Of a stretch of DNA of 64,000 nt, positions 27,541 through 41,357 are shown one piece after another. The notes below the pieces were generated by a model. It searched no databases. It worked only from the letters and a program-made list of their open reading frames with translations, and was not told the origin of the DNA. The translations under genes were made by a program, and so were the position numbers. Origin of the DNA: Octopus vulgaris (Eukaryota); contig OX597822.1 in NCBI GenBank assembly GCA_951406725.2, forward strand, positions 20,832,001-20,896,000, read 5' to 3'. Each line of letters begins with the position of its first letter. Position 1 is the first letter of the stretch.

Positions 27541-28997
27541 GTTAGTGTTAAGGATAAGACGAAGGTGGTAATGACAATGGTGTTGGTTGAGGAGATGGAC
27601 CCTTTGATGGGATGGATCAGTCCATCTCCTATGCCAGCATGAGTTGGACAATTTGTTTGGATACAAGACAGTTCTTAGTGGAGTTATACAGGTTTATTGT
27701 TGAGAAGAGTAAAGACAGTGTTAGGGAAATGGGTAACTGGAGGAAAAGAGAAAGCAGTATCAGGAGATTAATAAGTAAGAGTTGGATAAAACAGTGGAAA
27801 ATGTTGAGTAGGGGAAGATAAATTCCTTATTTATCATGTGTAAACTTATGTTTTTCCCCTCAATTATTTGCTTAATGCTAATTAACTTAAAGACACTCGC
27901 ATATTCAGAATATTTTTCTGATGCATATTTTCTTATTAATATTAATGATATAGCTATTGACTCAACCTAAGTTTTAAATCCCTTGGTACATTATCCAACA
28001 TGTCTTTCATAAATGTACTTTCCTATCTATATTTTCACATTTCCCTATTTTTCTGTTTCTTTCCCTTATTGTCTCTAAACAAGCTATTATATCTATTTCT
28101 CTACAGCTACCTTCCTGCTTCTCTGTCCAATTCCTCTACCCACTCAATCACACTCACTCTTGATTCAATAAGAGTAACAGTACACAATTTCACTTCTGTA
28201 TTTCACAATTCATCTTAATGAATCATTATATCTAATTGTCACAGACTTATCCCTCTTCTAACTACAGGTATTGGTGCTGACAACGTTATGTCTCCATTTG
28301 ATCTACTATCCTATCCTGCTTAGACATATCTTTTTATCCTTGTATCTTCTTGTATCCATACCTTTTTCATTTACTTTTTCTATTTTCTACTAAACTTAAA
28401 AGAATTATTTTAATTTATTTCATTCTGTATTTTCCCAACGAATCAAGAATATTATTCCTGTCACAATTGTTTAATTGTTTAATAATCATTAACTCAAGAG
28501 ATTGTTAACAGTTAATTTAAAAACATTATTATTTATTCATTAACTACAATATTTAAAGAATACTTCCACATTTGTTTCAATAATTATTAACTTAAAATAT
28601 CTTTTATTTATTTAATTATTCATTTATGCATAAAAATTTTAAAAATCTTATCTATTCACTCCAAAATTTTAAAGCTCTGATTAAAATTCTTTATTTATGA
28701 TGTTATGAATTTCTATTTTTTCCATATAATCAGGTTATTCTATCTATCTACCACAAATCAGTTCTCTCCTCTTTCTCTGTTCTAAGCCATGATTCACTCT
28801 ATCCTTTTCATTTATCACTCATATTAGTTTTTTGTTTCTCATACTCCTGCTCTTTTACATGTAGCAACTTGCCATGTTACAAACCCTGCCTATGACAGAT
28901 CATTACTCCCTATCAGATGCAAACCCTGAAACTTACCTATTGTCATTTACAGTTATTGTTATGAAAGTTACTTCTTAGTTATGTATATACATGTTGT

Positions 28998-29282
28998 TTG
29001 TTCCTTCTTGAGTCATACCTGGCTCATAAGGGCCGGTTTCCCAGTTTCCCCACCTGGACAGGATGCCAGTCTGTCACAGGTGAGCTGCTAGATGCAGGAG
29101 AAAAGAGTGGGAGAAAGTTGTGGTGAAAGAGTCAGTAGAAGTTCACCATTACCTTCTGCCAGAGCAACATGAAGCTTAGGTGTTTCGCTCATAGACACAC
29201 ACATCACCTAGTCTGAGATTTAAACCTGCAATCCCTCGACCACAAGCCCACTGCTCTAATCACTAGGCCATGTGCCCCCACC
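28998..29282 (-). mobile_element. tRNA-derived SINE with V/Ceph-like central domain
   Basis: TGGCCTAGTGATTAGAGC (A box), GGTTTAAATCTC (B-box-like), then CCTGTGACAGACTGGCATCCTGTCCAGG. Confidence 0.6.
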
Positions 29283-29324
29283 ATCTATATACATATATCG
29301 CCATGATAGATCGTTAGCCATTAC

Positions 29325-29556
29325 ACACATTTTTTTCTCTCCTTGTTTTTTATCTCTCCTTTTTTCTCTCCTTTTTTTCTCACCTTTTTTTTCTCTCCTT
29401 GTTTCACTCCTTGTTTTTTTTCTGTGTCCCTTTCTGTAGAAGAGCATAGGCTCGAAATGTAAAAGACTTTTTCTATTCCTGAGCGTTATACTAATACATC
29501 TGTTTGTTTTGTACACCACCTGTCTTCGTCTTTTGTTCTTTTCGTAAACTCTCCCT
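29325..29556 (+). mobile_element. Penelope-like terminal repeat with variant minimal hammerhead
   Basis: 29430-29465 CTTT-CTGTAGAA-GAGC atag GCTC-GAAA-TGT-A-AAAG. Confidence 0.55.
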
Positions 29557-29608
29557 AAGATTATTACACTTCGATATATTCGAGAAAGAGCTTCAGTTCT
29601 AACTTTTA

Positions 29609-30871
29609 CAAGGGTGGACTGAAAAGTTCATAGGCTGACTATAAAGGAGTGATGATAGAGCTATGAAATCTTGTGTGCATTAATTTCATCTCTTCTTATT
29701 AATAACTTTCTTTCTGGGTAAACTGACATCTGACTGTTCAAAGAAAACTTCAAAAGTAACTAGTAGTGACTTCTTTTGGAAATAAGCAAAATATGACACT
29801 GTGGTGTTATCAAGTACCTGCAGAAAAAGGCTTTAGCCCCCAAGGACATTCATGTTGACATGGTTGCAACATTAGGAGATGATGCTCCAGCTTTGTCAAC
29901 AGTGCAAAAGTGGGCAGCTGAATTTAGGAAGGGAAGGGAGAATCTTGAAGATGACCAAGGTCATCACCGAAGAAAACATTGATTGTGTTCACCACAAGTT
30001 GATGGATAACAAGCAATTGACTATAAATCGAATAGTCAATGCTATAAGCAGATTCTATGAGAGAGTTGAGAATATTCTGCACAATGAACTTAGTATGATG
30101 AAGGTTTCTGCTCAATGGGTGTCACATCTTCTGACCTCTGATGAAAAGAGTACCAAACTGATAACATCATAGGAAAATTTAATATTGTTTGGGGCAGATT
30201 CAGCTGGTTTCCTTGAATGTCTCTTAACCCAGGATGAGTGTTGGCTTCATCAGTTTGAGCCAGAGACAACGAGATAATCCATGCTGTGGAAATATCCCTC
30301 CCCACTTGCTCCAAAGAAGGTTAAGGCCATTTCACATGCAGGGAAGGTAATGACTTTGGCCTTTTGAAATGTAAAGGCATTGTGTTTATTGGCTATCTTC
30401 AAAAGGGCCATACCATCAATGGAGATTACTATGCCAGTTTACTTAAGCGGTTATAAAAGTCTATGACGATCAAATACTCAGGAAAACTGTTGAAAGGTTT
30501 CATCAAAACAATGCTCCAGCACATAGACCTCGGCTTCAATAGCTGCTGTGCATTACTGTGGCTTTGAACTGGTTGATCACACTCCCTGTTTACCTGATCA
30601 TCCATTCTATCTGACTATCATCCATTCTCCACTATGGAAAAAAAAACTTGGCTGGGGACCAGTATCACAGTGATGGATAAGTCATATCTGCTGTTGCTGA
30701 CTTTTTTTATCAACAGGATAAAAGCTTCATCACCAATGAGATCCTAGCATGGCAACACCAATGGAAGTAGTGTGTAAATTGCAAGGGTGACTATGTTGAA
30801 AAATAAACCTCATTTGGTCACATTCAATGAGAGCGTCTTGGTCAACCAATGAATTTTTCAGCCAACCCTCA
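29609..30871 (+). mobile_element. Full-length decayed mariner (irritans/Hsmar2-like), 1263 bp
   Basis: TA-flanked TIRs (CAAGGGTGGACTGAAAAGTTCATAGG / CCAATGAATTTTTCAGCCAACCCTCA); transposase KDIHVDMVATLGDDAPALSTVQKWAAEF..WVSHLL..TQDECWLH..GKVM..FHQNNAPAH with stops and frameshifts. Confidence 0.92.
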
Positions 30872-30879
30872 TACACCTC

Positions 30880-31106
30880 ACAGTATTTTGGTTGTATTTC
30901 CCAACCCTTCTGAGATTTCTTCAGTCCTCACTGTTATATTGTTCTCACTTCATTATTCATATTCTTGTGTTAGTTATTCTTCATGTGACAAGTCTTGTTT
31001 GTTCAACTTGAACCAGAATACATACATACATACATACATACATACATACATACGTACGTACGTACGTACGTACATACATACATACATACATACATACATA
31101 CATACA

Positions 31107-31137
<31 letters not shown>

Positions 31138-31842
31138 GTATGGCAGCCCATCTGCCCACCCATCTGTCCACTGACCTAATGACTAAACTCATAACATGTA
31201 AACTGACAGCATAACACTTTACAATGTAAGAAAATTAGGTGAAGAAAGAAACTTTAAACATAACTTGTTTATGGCTTAAGACATGTGCTCTTTCTTCATA
31301 AAAGACTCCAATATAATGTATACTTCTCAGTCTACTGTGAAGGTAGTCAGAGTATAGCATATCAGCTGCTTTTTCCAATTCCAACATTACTCCTTATTTT
31401 GACTTTCTTCCTTGAGTTCTCCTAACTTTTCTTTCCGCTATCAATCAGCCTTGTCACAATTTAAGTTCTTTGATCAGAAGAAATATTTATAAGGAGCAAA
31501 TATGCTTTCAATCACTGAATTGATGTTCTATGAATCATAGATGTGATGAACTTTTTCCCAGAATGCATTTAATGTAGGGCAGACATATCATGGCAGCTTT
31601 GTTTGACTCATATCTCTACTCTTCAAAACTGCTACTATGCTTTCTAGAGTGAGTATTCCCCATAACTACTAAGTGAAATATCAGTTACTTAATATAATTG
31701 GGCTCTCCAAAATTTGCAAACATGGGTATGCTACTAAGATCTATAGTCAGTTGTCAGGGCATGGCATGACATCTATAGAACACAGTTGATCAACCCACTA
31801 ATTGGTTTAAAAAGTTCTTACTTCATGAATACAATACATACA

Positions 31843-31880
<38 letters not shown>

Positions 31881-33600
31881 CACACACATACATGTACATG
31901 TGTGTGTGTGTGAGTGTCTGTGCATGCATCTGAAAAGTATTTGTATTTGTGTAAACACAAGAAAACTGAGTGTAAGAACATAAGATTTCTAACACCAAAC
32001 ATTCTCATCTGTAGAATGTCCAAAAGAATGACACTTGAAGTAATGGAATATTTGTTGTAAGGTAGAACCATGACCCAACATAAATGCTTGCTGCATCCCG
32101 ATATTGAGATCTTATTCTTTGTTTGTAGTTTCTCAATGCATTTGATCTCAATTACAGACAACACATTTCTAATAATACTCTATCCCTGTGTTGAATACTC
32201 CCAACAAATGAAGATTGTTTGAATATATAACCACATGACTGTGAAGACCCGACAAATGAAGTGAGTTCATGGCTTGCAGGATGGTCTGCTGTGCTAACCT
32301 TGGATTGTAAAGTGACCAGCTGTTCTTGAGGAGACCTATTGAGTCAAGTACGTTAACACCAACATCAAAATGAAAATCAAATGGAAATTGTAGTTAAGAT
32401 ACCCGTGCCGGTGACACGTTAAAAGCACCGTCCGAACGTGGCAGATGCCAGCACCACCTGACTAGCATCCGTGTCGGTGACACGTAAGAAGCATCAACCG
32501 ATCATGGCCGTTTGCCAGCTTCTTCTGGCCCCTGTGCCGGTGGCACGTACAAAGCACCCACTACACTGACGGAGTGGTTGGCGTTAGGATGGGCATCCAG
32601 CTGTAGAAACACTGCCAGATCTGACTGGCCTGGTGCAGCCTTCGGGCTTGCCAGACCCCAGTTGAACCGTCCAACCCATGCTAGCATGGAAAATGGACGT
32701 TAAATGACGACGACGATGATGATGATGATGCTGATGATGATGATGATGATAATGATACTTTCCCACACACCCACTTAAAAGTTCTCAAGTTATCTAATCT
32801 GTGTTGTGCAGTTCTGGTTATTATTTCAAATATGATATATTGCATAGTGGGGTAATATGATTAGTCATTCAAAAATATACTTGCCATTGAAGTCCTTTGA
32901 TGATATCTTCCATTTTCCTGTTTTATATACATCTTGTGTAGTTGAATAGGCTCATATGACAGTTAAAATTATTAATAATTATATATCACTGTCTACACCA
33001 AACTTCAGTAAAAGGTACACTTTCTGCTCAAATTTCTGTGGTAACCGAAAACAATGAAAATTCTTTATCCTCACCAAATCAACTTGTTCCTTAAATACAA
33101 GATCAGAGTTAATTTCTAAGTGGTACCATGAAATATAATCATTCACTTAAACCTCAACAGAATCACTTAGCCATTCTGGATAAATGCAAGTACCTAAAAT
33201 ATTAAACCCCACAGGATCCTATCAAGTACACTAGGTTAATCAGTGATATTGAAACAGTATATTTGAATATATTATATTACTATGTATATATTTGTGTGTG
33301 TATATGTTAGTACATGTGCATCAGTATGTGCAAATATACATATGCATATATGTGTGGGTTAGTATATGTACTGAAATACGCATGTATAGATGCAATCTGT
33401 GAGTTTATATATAAGTGCATCCACATACATGTATTATCATCAGTCCATTATAAATCTAATTTTCATGTGGGCACGGATTGAATGAGATTTTTTGATACTG
33501 TGATTCATAGTGGTATGTACTTCCTGGTGTAAACTTAGCAACTTCTCTAACAATATACAGAGAATCTAAAATTCTAAAAACCAGGATGTACATGATATAT
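30880..33600 (-). pseudogene. Endogenous bunyavirus-like L gene, copy A, thumb/bridge/C-terminal-proximal pieces
   Basis: 33590-33456 ILDSLYIVREVAKFTPG..(17)..PHE, gapless vs recalled IAISHWMTSLTYNMLPG..(17)..PIE; 32229-32152 FKQSSFVGSIQHRDRVLL (YNSKRFKESLSIQNPAQL); 31750-31570 FGEPNYIK*LIFHLVVMGNTHSRKHSSS (LNDPMMITIANTHILSIYGSPQRRMGMS); 31387-31290 MLELEK..HYIGVF (VFELKE..HKIKVF); 31018-30900 WFKLNKQDLS..SENNI (WYTVHYLKQILS..SEQNI). Confidence 0.75.
32240..32755 (+). mobile_element. RTE-related 3'UTR repeat/SINE; other copies ~7330-7705(+), 18200-18430(+), 26150-26330(-), 42375-42840(-), 60975-61340(+)
   Basis: Shared GAGTGGTTGGCGTTAGGA.GGGCATCCAGCTGTAGAAAC..CCAACCCATGCTAGCATGGAAA..ACGTTAAATGA(TGA)n, with internal GTGGCACGTAAAAGCACC subrepeats. 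Confidence 0.85.
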
Positions 33601-33738
33601 CTACATATGCATATGTACATGCGTACATACATGCAAACATATGTATGTATGTATGTATGTATGTATGCATGCATACATGCACGTATGTATGTATGTATGT
33701 ATGTATGTATGTATGTATGTATGTATGTATGTATGTAT

Positions 33739-33900
33739 GATCCAGTGGAATCTACAGATTTTATCTGTCATCTATGCTTCAAACCATGCAGATATACAGC
33801 GGGACTGAATAGTCATCTGAGAGGGCATGAATGGAAAGTCAGAAATGCCATTGACAGTGACAAAAAGACTGCAATCATCTGTGAAGAAGGAGCAATCACT
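33739..33900 (+). mobile_element. RTE/BovB-type LINE C-terminal zinc-finger remnant
   Basis: FICHLCFKPCRYTAGLNSHLRGH: a single CxxC..GLxSHxRxH finger of the RTE-BovB type, with no TGEKP linkers. Confidence 0.6.
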
Positions 33901-34291
33901 TCTTGTATATTACAGAATTAGACAAAAGGCAGATGTTAATCGATTTCTTTGTGTTTAAAATCCAAATGTTGCTGCAGTCAGTTGGTTGACTGGTGGAATT
34001 CTTTGATCATCAGACAAGATACCCAGTGTCATTTGTTCTGGGTATTTAGGTTGTGAATTCAAATGTCACCACAATCTACTTCAGCGGTAGACTTAATCTG
34101 TTTCACAGCTTAACATTATTGGCTGGTTCTTGGGTACCCTAGTCTACAACCATTCAGACCAGGTCTCCAGTAATGAGGATATCTACCTGCCTCCCCTGGT
34201 CTTGGTGACCCTAAAAAGTATCATATGTACTGCCCTCTTACAAGGCTTTAAAATACATACACATGTACACACACATGCATGCATGCACACA

Positions 34292-34344
<53 letters not shown>

Positions 34345-34588
34345 ACACACACACACAGGTATTCCCTGCATCATGTAAACTCTTGTTATGGAGTTTTAAA
34401 CTTATGGAAATCTTAAAGTCTCTGCATTAATTTCAAGATGCAGCCCGTAATTTTATTCTTAATAACATTCAGATATATCTATCTGCCTCTTCGTCTGTCT
34501 GTGCCTTTCTGTTTGCTCTCCCCATCCATCTGACTGTCTGTCTGCCTATCTGTTTATCTATCTGCCTTTCTATGCATATAAATGTATA

Positions 34589-35780
34589 TCAGGTCATTAA
34601 AAATGAAATGTCTGATTTTCTTATGTACCAAGTTTGGCAGTCATTAACTCTAATGTTTTATCATGAAAATTCTTTGTTTTACAACATTGAAGAGTTACAT
34701 CATCACTTTTCGAAATGCAATTCATGGTGTCTGATTATATTGTGAGTTTTTTCTTGTAAATCAATTTTTGTGAACCCATGGATAAATAAAAAATTTGTGT
34801 TACTTATGAATATGAGTTCTGTCGTGGAACCAATGCATCCCAGACAGCTCAAAACATCAGTGAGGTGTCTGGTGATCATGCAGCAAATGAGTGCACTGTG
34901 CATCGATGGTTTGAGATGCTCTGGTCTGGTGGCTTTACTCTTGAAAATCAGCCCCATAGTACACCTGAAACCAAGGTGGGTAAAGATGAGCTGGAAACTA
35001 ATGGAAGCAGATATATCTCAAACTGCACATGAGTTAGCAGCAAGGTTTGATGTTTCAATTCCAACTGTAGTGGACTTTCAGAAACAAATCGGCAAGGTAA
35101 AGAATATGGACAAGTGGGTACCACATGAACTGAACGAGCATCAAATGACATGTCACCTTGAAACTTGCTGTTCTTTGCTGTCACAGGATAAAAGCAAGCC
35201 GTTTTTGCATCATATTGTTACATGGGATGAAAAATGGATTCTTTTCAACAATAACAAACATTCTACAAGATGGTTGGAAAGACAAAGGGCCAACAGGCAA
35301 TCCAAAGAAAACTATTCACCAAAAAAATCAAATGGTATCTGTTTCATGGTCTAGCACTGGTGTCATCCACTACAACTTCATGAGACCTGGTATGTCAATT
35401 ACAGCGGATGTATACATCAACCAATTGGATGAAATGATAAGTGAACTTGCAATTAAACAACCAAGATTGGTCAACAGAGACAGGCCAATTCTCTTGCAAG
35501 ACAATGCTTGACTACATGTTGCATAAAGAATGCTACTCAAGTTACAGGAACTGAACCTGGAAGTACTCTGTCATCCACCATATTCACCAGACCTTGCACC
35601 ACCTGACTATTATGCTTTCCTGGCATTAGACAACTTCAAATCTGAAGACGATGCAAAAATAGCCTTTCGAGATTTCATCACCTCTTGCTCTCCAAAATTC
35701 TTTGCTGCTGGTGTAAGTAAGCTACTGATAAAATGGCAAAATTGCATTCAGAATTTAGGTGTATACTTTGATTAACTGCC
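34589..35780 (+). mobile_element. Decayed mariner (cecropia/Hsmar1-like), D,D34D transposase
   Basis: MDK..YEF.RGTNASQTAQNI..KWVPHELN..IVTWDEKWIL..ILLQDNA*..HPPYSPDLAPPDY..KWQNCI..YFD*. Left TA+TIR-like end at 34587; right TIR not seen. Confidence 0.93.
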
Positions 35781-36239
35781 TTCTTATGTGTTTGTGTATG
35801 TATTTGCGTGTTTGAGTATGTGTTGTGTGTTTGAACATAATCATATATCTGTTCCACTTGTCTGTGTCTGTCTATGCATATATACATATATGTGCTTATA
35901 TCCAAACATTTGTTCTGTTTGTCTGTCTGATGTTTTAGTGTATTTCATTACTATATCAAATTCCATGAAAAAATATACAATGGAATAAGGTAAAAATAGC
36001 AGAACCTCAGTTAACACTGAGTAGAGGTTGACCTAATCCTTTTCTCTACACTACCACTCAATCAAATAATCAATAACCAAACAGGCAAACACATTCCTCT
36101 AAACTTTTCTAGTTACTTTTTCTTTTTTACGTTTTTTTTTTTGTTGAGAAATTCCATCCAATCAAGTTAGCAAATTCATATAACATATTTTCTTTGCCTT
36201 CTTTTTTCCTTTTTAGATACTCATAAACACACACAAGCA

Positions 36240-36735
<496 letters not shown>

Positions 36736-38863
36736 GAGAAAAAGAGAGAGAGAAAGAGGGAGGGAAAGAAAGGTTGTTGCTAAGATTTTTTTTTATTTGC
36801 CAAACCTGCATAATGGTATTAAACAATCAATTGATTGTAGAATAGGAATCCTTTGTAAAGTATTTTGTTTTAGGCTTTGTTTAGGCACTTTTTTTGCCGA
36901 CAGTTTTATCATATTGTCTTTTTATCATAACGACTTTATTTATGAATGTATGTGGGTACACACACACATGCATATGTATACACACACACATATATACATA
37001 TACATCTGTGTGTGTGTGTGTGTGTATGTGTGTGTATGTGTGTATATGTGTGTGTGAGTGTGTGTGTGGAAGCATGTATGTATATATAATATTTTATATT
37101 GAATTGTTATGTATTCCTTAATATAATAAATTGCAATGGTTTGTTTATAATATTATCACAATACAGTTGCTTTTTTGAGAAATATTCCCCCTTTGTTTGT
37201 TGCTTTAGTGTTTCGAATGAAAAAAATGATAAGAAAATCCCTAAAATAATAGATATGTTGTATCTTGCTTTTTGTTTTTGTTGTTAATATTCCTTCTTAT
37301 GTTTTTATTTTTTAATTTGGATTGTTTCAACAAAAATGATAGAGAAACGGATAAGCATAAGTGCAGTTTAGATGTATAGTATTTTCTTAGCGCCAACCAT
37401 TCATCTGCAAAGTATAGAGTTGGGCTGGTATCTATTGCACATTTTTATTGAATGTCTACATATGTGGTACCATACCTTTGTTATTATAACATACTGTTTA
37501 TTACAGGTATAGCCTAAAGGATTATGAAATTCCTATCTAATGCTTTAACCTGTTAAATAGTGTCTGTCTTATTGAATATGTGTATATTTGTGTTGTCTGG
37601 GTTCTGAAAAGTTCTGACCAAAACAACAGTCTGTCTTTTTATATATCTAAAATAACATTTTTTTATGTCTCTTTTTTATTTTAACAATAAAGTATGATTT
37701 GTAGGATATTTGGCTGCTATTTCTAGCAGATCAAAACACTGTATAGAAACTCTCTTGTTAGTTTGAAACGTGAATGGTTCTCATTACTTCTAAATTTTAC
37801 CTACAATTCAGTTTTCTAAGAAAATCACAACCATTGATGTTTGTGTTCTTTGAACTGTTTGCCAGGAGGATAACATAACTCACAATGGCTTAAACCACCT
37901 AGCAATCAATAGGGATCAATTCACTATTATAAGTAGCAAGACTACTGGATAACTGATGCTTTTGTTTGTATGTAATACAGAAACTGCTGTAGGTGAGAAG
38001 TCAACAGTAAACTAATCCAGTCTATTTTCCATTGAATAATTATTCAATGGATGAAATCTTCATCATTAGCATTCCATCAATATTATATTTCTCTTATTTA
38101 AAGGAGATTATAACTAGTTTGATTTGAAGTAAATATTACAAAAATACCTGTTCATTTTTAAAAGGTTTTCATTATATATGTTTAGTGTGGGACTTGTGAA
38201 TGAGTGTTATACTGTACAAATTATGTTGTGCATTTCAACATTACAAAGGTTTCACTATGAAGTATATATATAAATAAAATACATGGTTCAGGCTGTTACA
38301 TCAGACACACGACTGGGACGCTTTCTTTATGATTCATAATTTATTTACACCAAAGAGTCATTGCAGTTCATTATAATACAAAACATGGAAGAAAACCAGT
38401 GAGATAAACATTAGTTGATAGCAAAACCATCTTAAATAGAATTATGAAGTGATAAAAGCAAAGAATCACTTACTATTGAAAGACTGACCAGCTGCAAAGA
38501 TATCAACAAATTTTTTCTTCTTTCTCTCCTTCTTTCTTTCCTTCTCTTATTCTCTAACACTTCTTTCAGATACAAAAACACACAAATGTGTGTGCGCGTG
38601 CATGCTCTCACTTTCTCCCCATTCCTCATCCTCTTGTACTATCTTATCTCTCTCCCCACCTCTACACACTCAATAATACTATAAAAGGAGATAAAATTCC
38701 TGCAAAAGTTCAATTTGAAAACTCCACTAGAGTGGACAAAAATGCTAATATATGATATATGATTTATAAAAACATGTAACATACTAATAAATATCTGTAA
38801 AAATAAAACCATCCAGATTTCTGAGTACCTCATTTCTTCTAACATATATATATCTGTATGTAT

Positions 38864-38906
<43 letters not shown>

Positions 38907-40114
38907 TGTTTATAAATATATATGGTGGTGCTATTAAGTTAGACATGGCCTGGGCCAATAATGGCCGAAACCTATCAAAGTATCAAAGTATCAAAGTATA
39001 TGTGTATGTATGCATATATATATATATATATATATGTATACAAGTTTATATATATGCATGTGCATGTATATATACAAACACACACATGCATACATGTGTG
39101 TGTGTGTGTGTGCAAATTACTTGATTTCAAGGAGTTAATATGTATTATTAAGAAAACTTTCTTTAATTTGCTTTTTGTTTAAAGAGTTTACATATTTATG
39201 TTATGAAGCATGTTAAACTGCAATTAAATAAATATAACTACTAAATATATACGTTATGAAAATATATAGAAGTAACACTACATGTATTACTTTTTCTCTT
39301 TCTTTTTTGTTTGTCTTTGCAAATGATTTAGTTCAGAAAGACTTATTTTAATATGAAATATAAGAAATCAAAAGCAATTAGTCATTTAAGATGAAATGAA
39401 ATTTTCTTCCTTTATATGTGTATCTACCAGAGATAAAAATAAGTTTGAAGCTTGTTACTATTTTGGTTAAAAATGGTAACAGATTAAGAACAATTACATT
39501 ATAAATTTAAAAATGAAACTGACTGTGTTACTGAATCAATTTGAAATTCGTTTTTTGTGAAAATGCTATGCATCTCAGAATATTAAAATAGATAGGAAAC
39601 TACATCATTACAGAAGTGTATATAAGTAACAACTATGTCTACAAATATCTGGGGGCAATATAAAGTGTACCCAAATAATGAGTTTGGTTACATGTGAAAA
39701 GAAGTTTAAAATAAATGAATCTCTTAAAACCATGTTACAAGTTCATGTCAAATTGATTATGAATATGTGTGTAAACAACCATTTGTTGTTAAGACTATTT
39801 CCAGAGTATTAGAGAAATAGAATTATTTAATCAAAATGCACCATAGTCAAACCATAAGATATCAGTTAAACCAAAATTGTATGACTATAAACAATTTGCA
39901 ATAAAATCTAAATAGTAAAAGATTATGATGTACCAAAAGTGGGTGTTAATAATGTAACTTGAGAAAAGAAAATGTACCAAGCAGATGTCTGATGTTGCAG
40001 TCCTAATATCATCAGAGTTCCTGGATTTTTGGTCATTATTGTCAAGTTTTTTTAATAAGATATAAAGTAGGGAAATTATGATGATTAAAAAGTATTATCT
40101 ATCAGTAATAATAT

Positions 40115-40705
40115 TAATAATAATAATAATAATAATAATGAAATTATTGTAAACAGTGCTCAGGTGCACCACAATTTGTCAAAAGTGCATATAAAGCATA
40201 TGCAGTAATGTACAAATGTCTGGGAAGTTAATAAGTGTATGAGTCAGATACATGCTTGCATGTGTATGGAGGGGAGAAAATCAGGTGTAGTGTTGGTGAA
40301 TTTCAGGAAGCATGGAAGTTTTGAAGGATGCAGTGCTCCGACAACTAACAACTGATGCCAGCAGTTTGTTCCATGCTTCAGTAACTCTGCGTGAAAAAAT
40401 GTTTCCAAAAGTCATGGGAGCTGTGCTGTTTTCTGACTTTGTAAACATGTCCACGGGTGCTAGACAGGTAGAGTTTGAAAAGGTGCTCAGAGTTATTGTT
40501 TGTAAGATGGTTAATAATTTTATGGGTGTCTGCCAAGTCAGCTGCCAGACGTCGGAGTTTCAATGTATCCATGCCCAGGGAAGTAAGGCTTTCAGAATAT
40601 GGCAAATGCCTGATGGAAGGTATTCTCTTGGTTGCACGTCACTGAATGGTTTCCAGATGATTAATATCCTGGGCAAGACAGGGGTTCCAGACGGGTGATG
40701 CAAAT
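40115..40705 (-). mobile_element. CR1-clade LINE 3' end
   Basis: PVWNP..IQ*RATKRIP..LPYSESLTSLGMDTLKLRRLAADL..STRGHVYKV..AWNKL, then 3'UTR and an (ATT)n tail. Confidence 0.9.
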
Positions 40706-41123
40706 GATGCAAATGATACAGAGTTAGTTTCTGTCTCCATGAAGTAAATGGACTGAAATAAAATACAAAAATGTGAAGGTTATTTAAAATATAAGAAGAA
40801 TGATTAGATGCACATTCAGTAAATCATTATCAGTTAGGAAATATAATAGATCTAAATTTTTTAGTATATCTCAACAAATTTTCTATAGAATTTAGAGCTA
40901 GCACTGAAAGTTATGTTATTTCATATATGAATACATTTATGTAACAGAGACAAAAATAGGTAATGGGTAATTTCTCCTTTTTTAGCACCATGCCCAACCC
41001 AATAAGTATCCATGAATACATTGCTTAAATAACCACTAAGCTTAGCCGTGTAACACTATTGGATAGACCAACTTACATATTAAACACATTCCCAGCAAAT
41101 AGTACATACATATTAACATATAT

Positions 41124-41357
41124 AAGGCGGCGAGCTGGCAGAAACGTTAGCACGCTGGGTGAAATGCTTAGCGGTATTTCGTCTGCCACTACGTTCAGAG
41201 TTCAAATTCCGCCAAGGTCTACTTTGCCTTTCATCCTTTCGGGGTCGATTAAATAAGTACCAGTTATGCACTGGGGTCGATATAATCGACTTAATCCATT
41301 TGTCTGTCCTTGTTTGTCCTCTCTGTGTTTAGCCCCTTGTGGGTAGTAAAGAAATAG
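41124..41357 (+). mobile_element. Young tRNA-derived SINE with 16-bp TSD; older copies ~1360-1560, 2120-2325(-), 4933-5150, 5272-5490, 12750-12950(-), 16260-16460(-), 21545-22300 (x3), 43760-43968(-), 44578-44795(-), 48298-48500, 54490-54680
   Basis: AGGCGGCGAGCTGGCAGAA..GAGTTCAAATTCC..GCCTTTCATCCTTTCGGGGTCGAT..AAGTACCAG; GTACATACATATTAAC is duplicated at 41102-41117 and 41358-41373. Confidence 0.92.

Noticed and set aside
33739-33830. Host C2H2 zinc-finger gene (a family expanded in octopus)
   Set aside because: A single finger without TGEKP linkers, matching the RTE-BovB C-terminal finger.
38474-38491. 18-nt micro-exon (TTTGCAG|..|GTAAGT, minus strand)
   Set aside because: Poor pyrimidine tract and no neighbouring exons; chance is likely.
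41124-41210. tRNA genes
   Set aside because: The A/B-box heads belong to SINEs and no complete cloverleaf is present.
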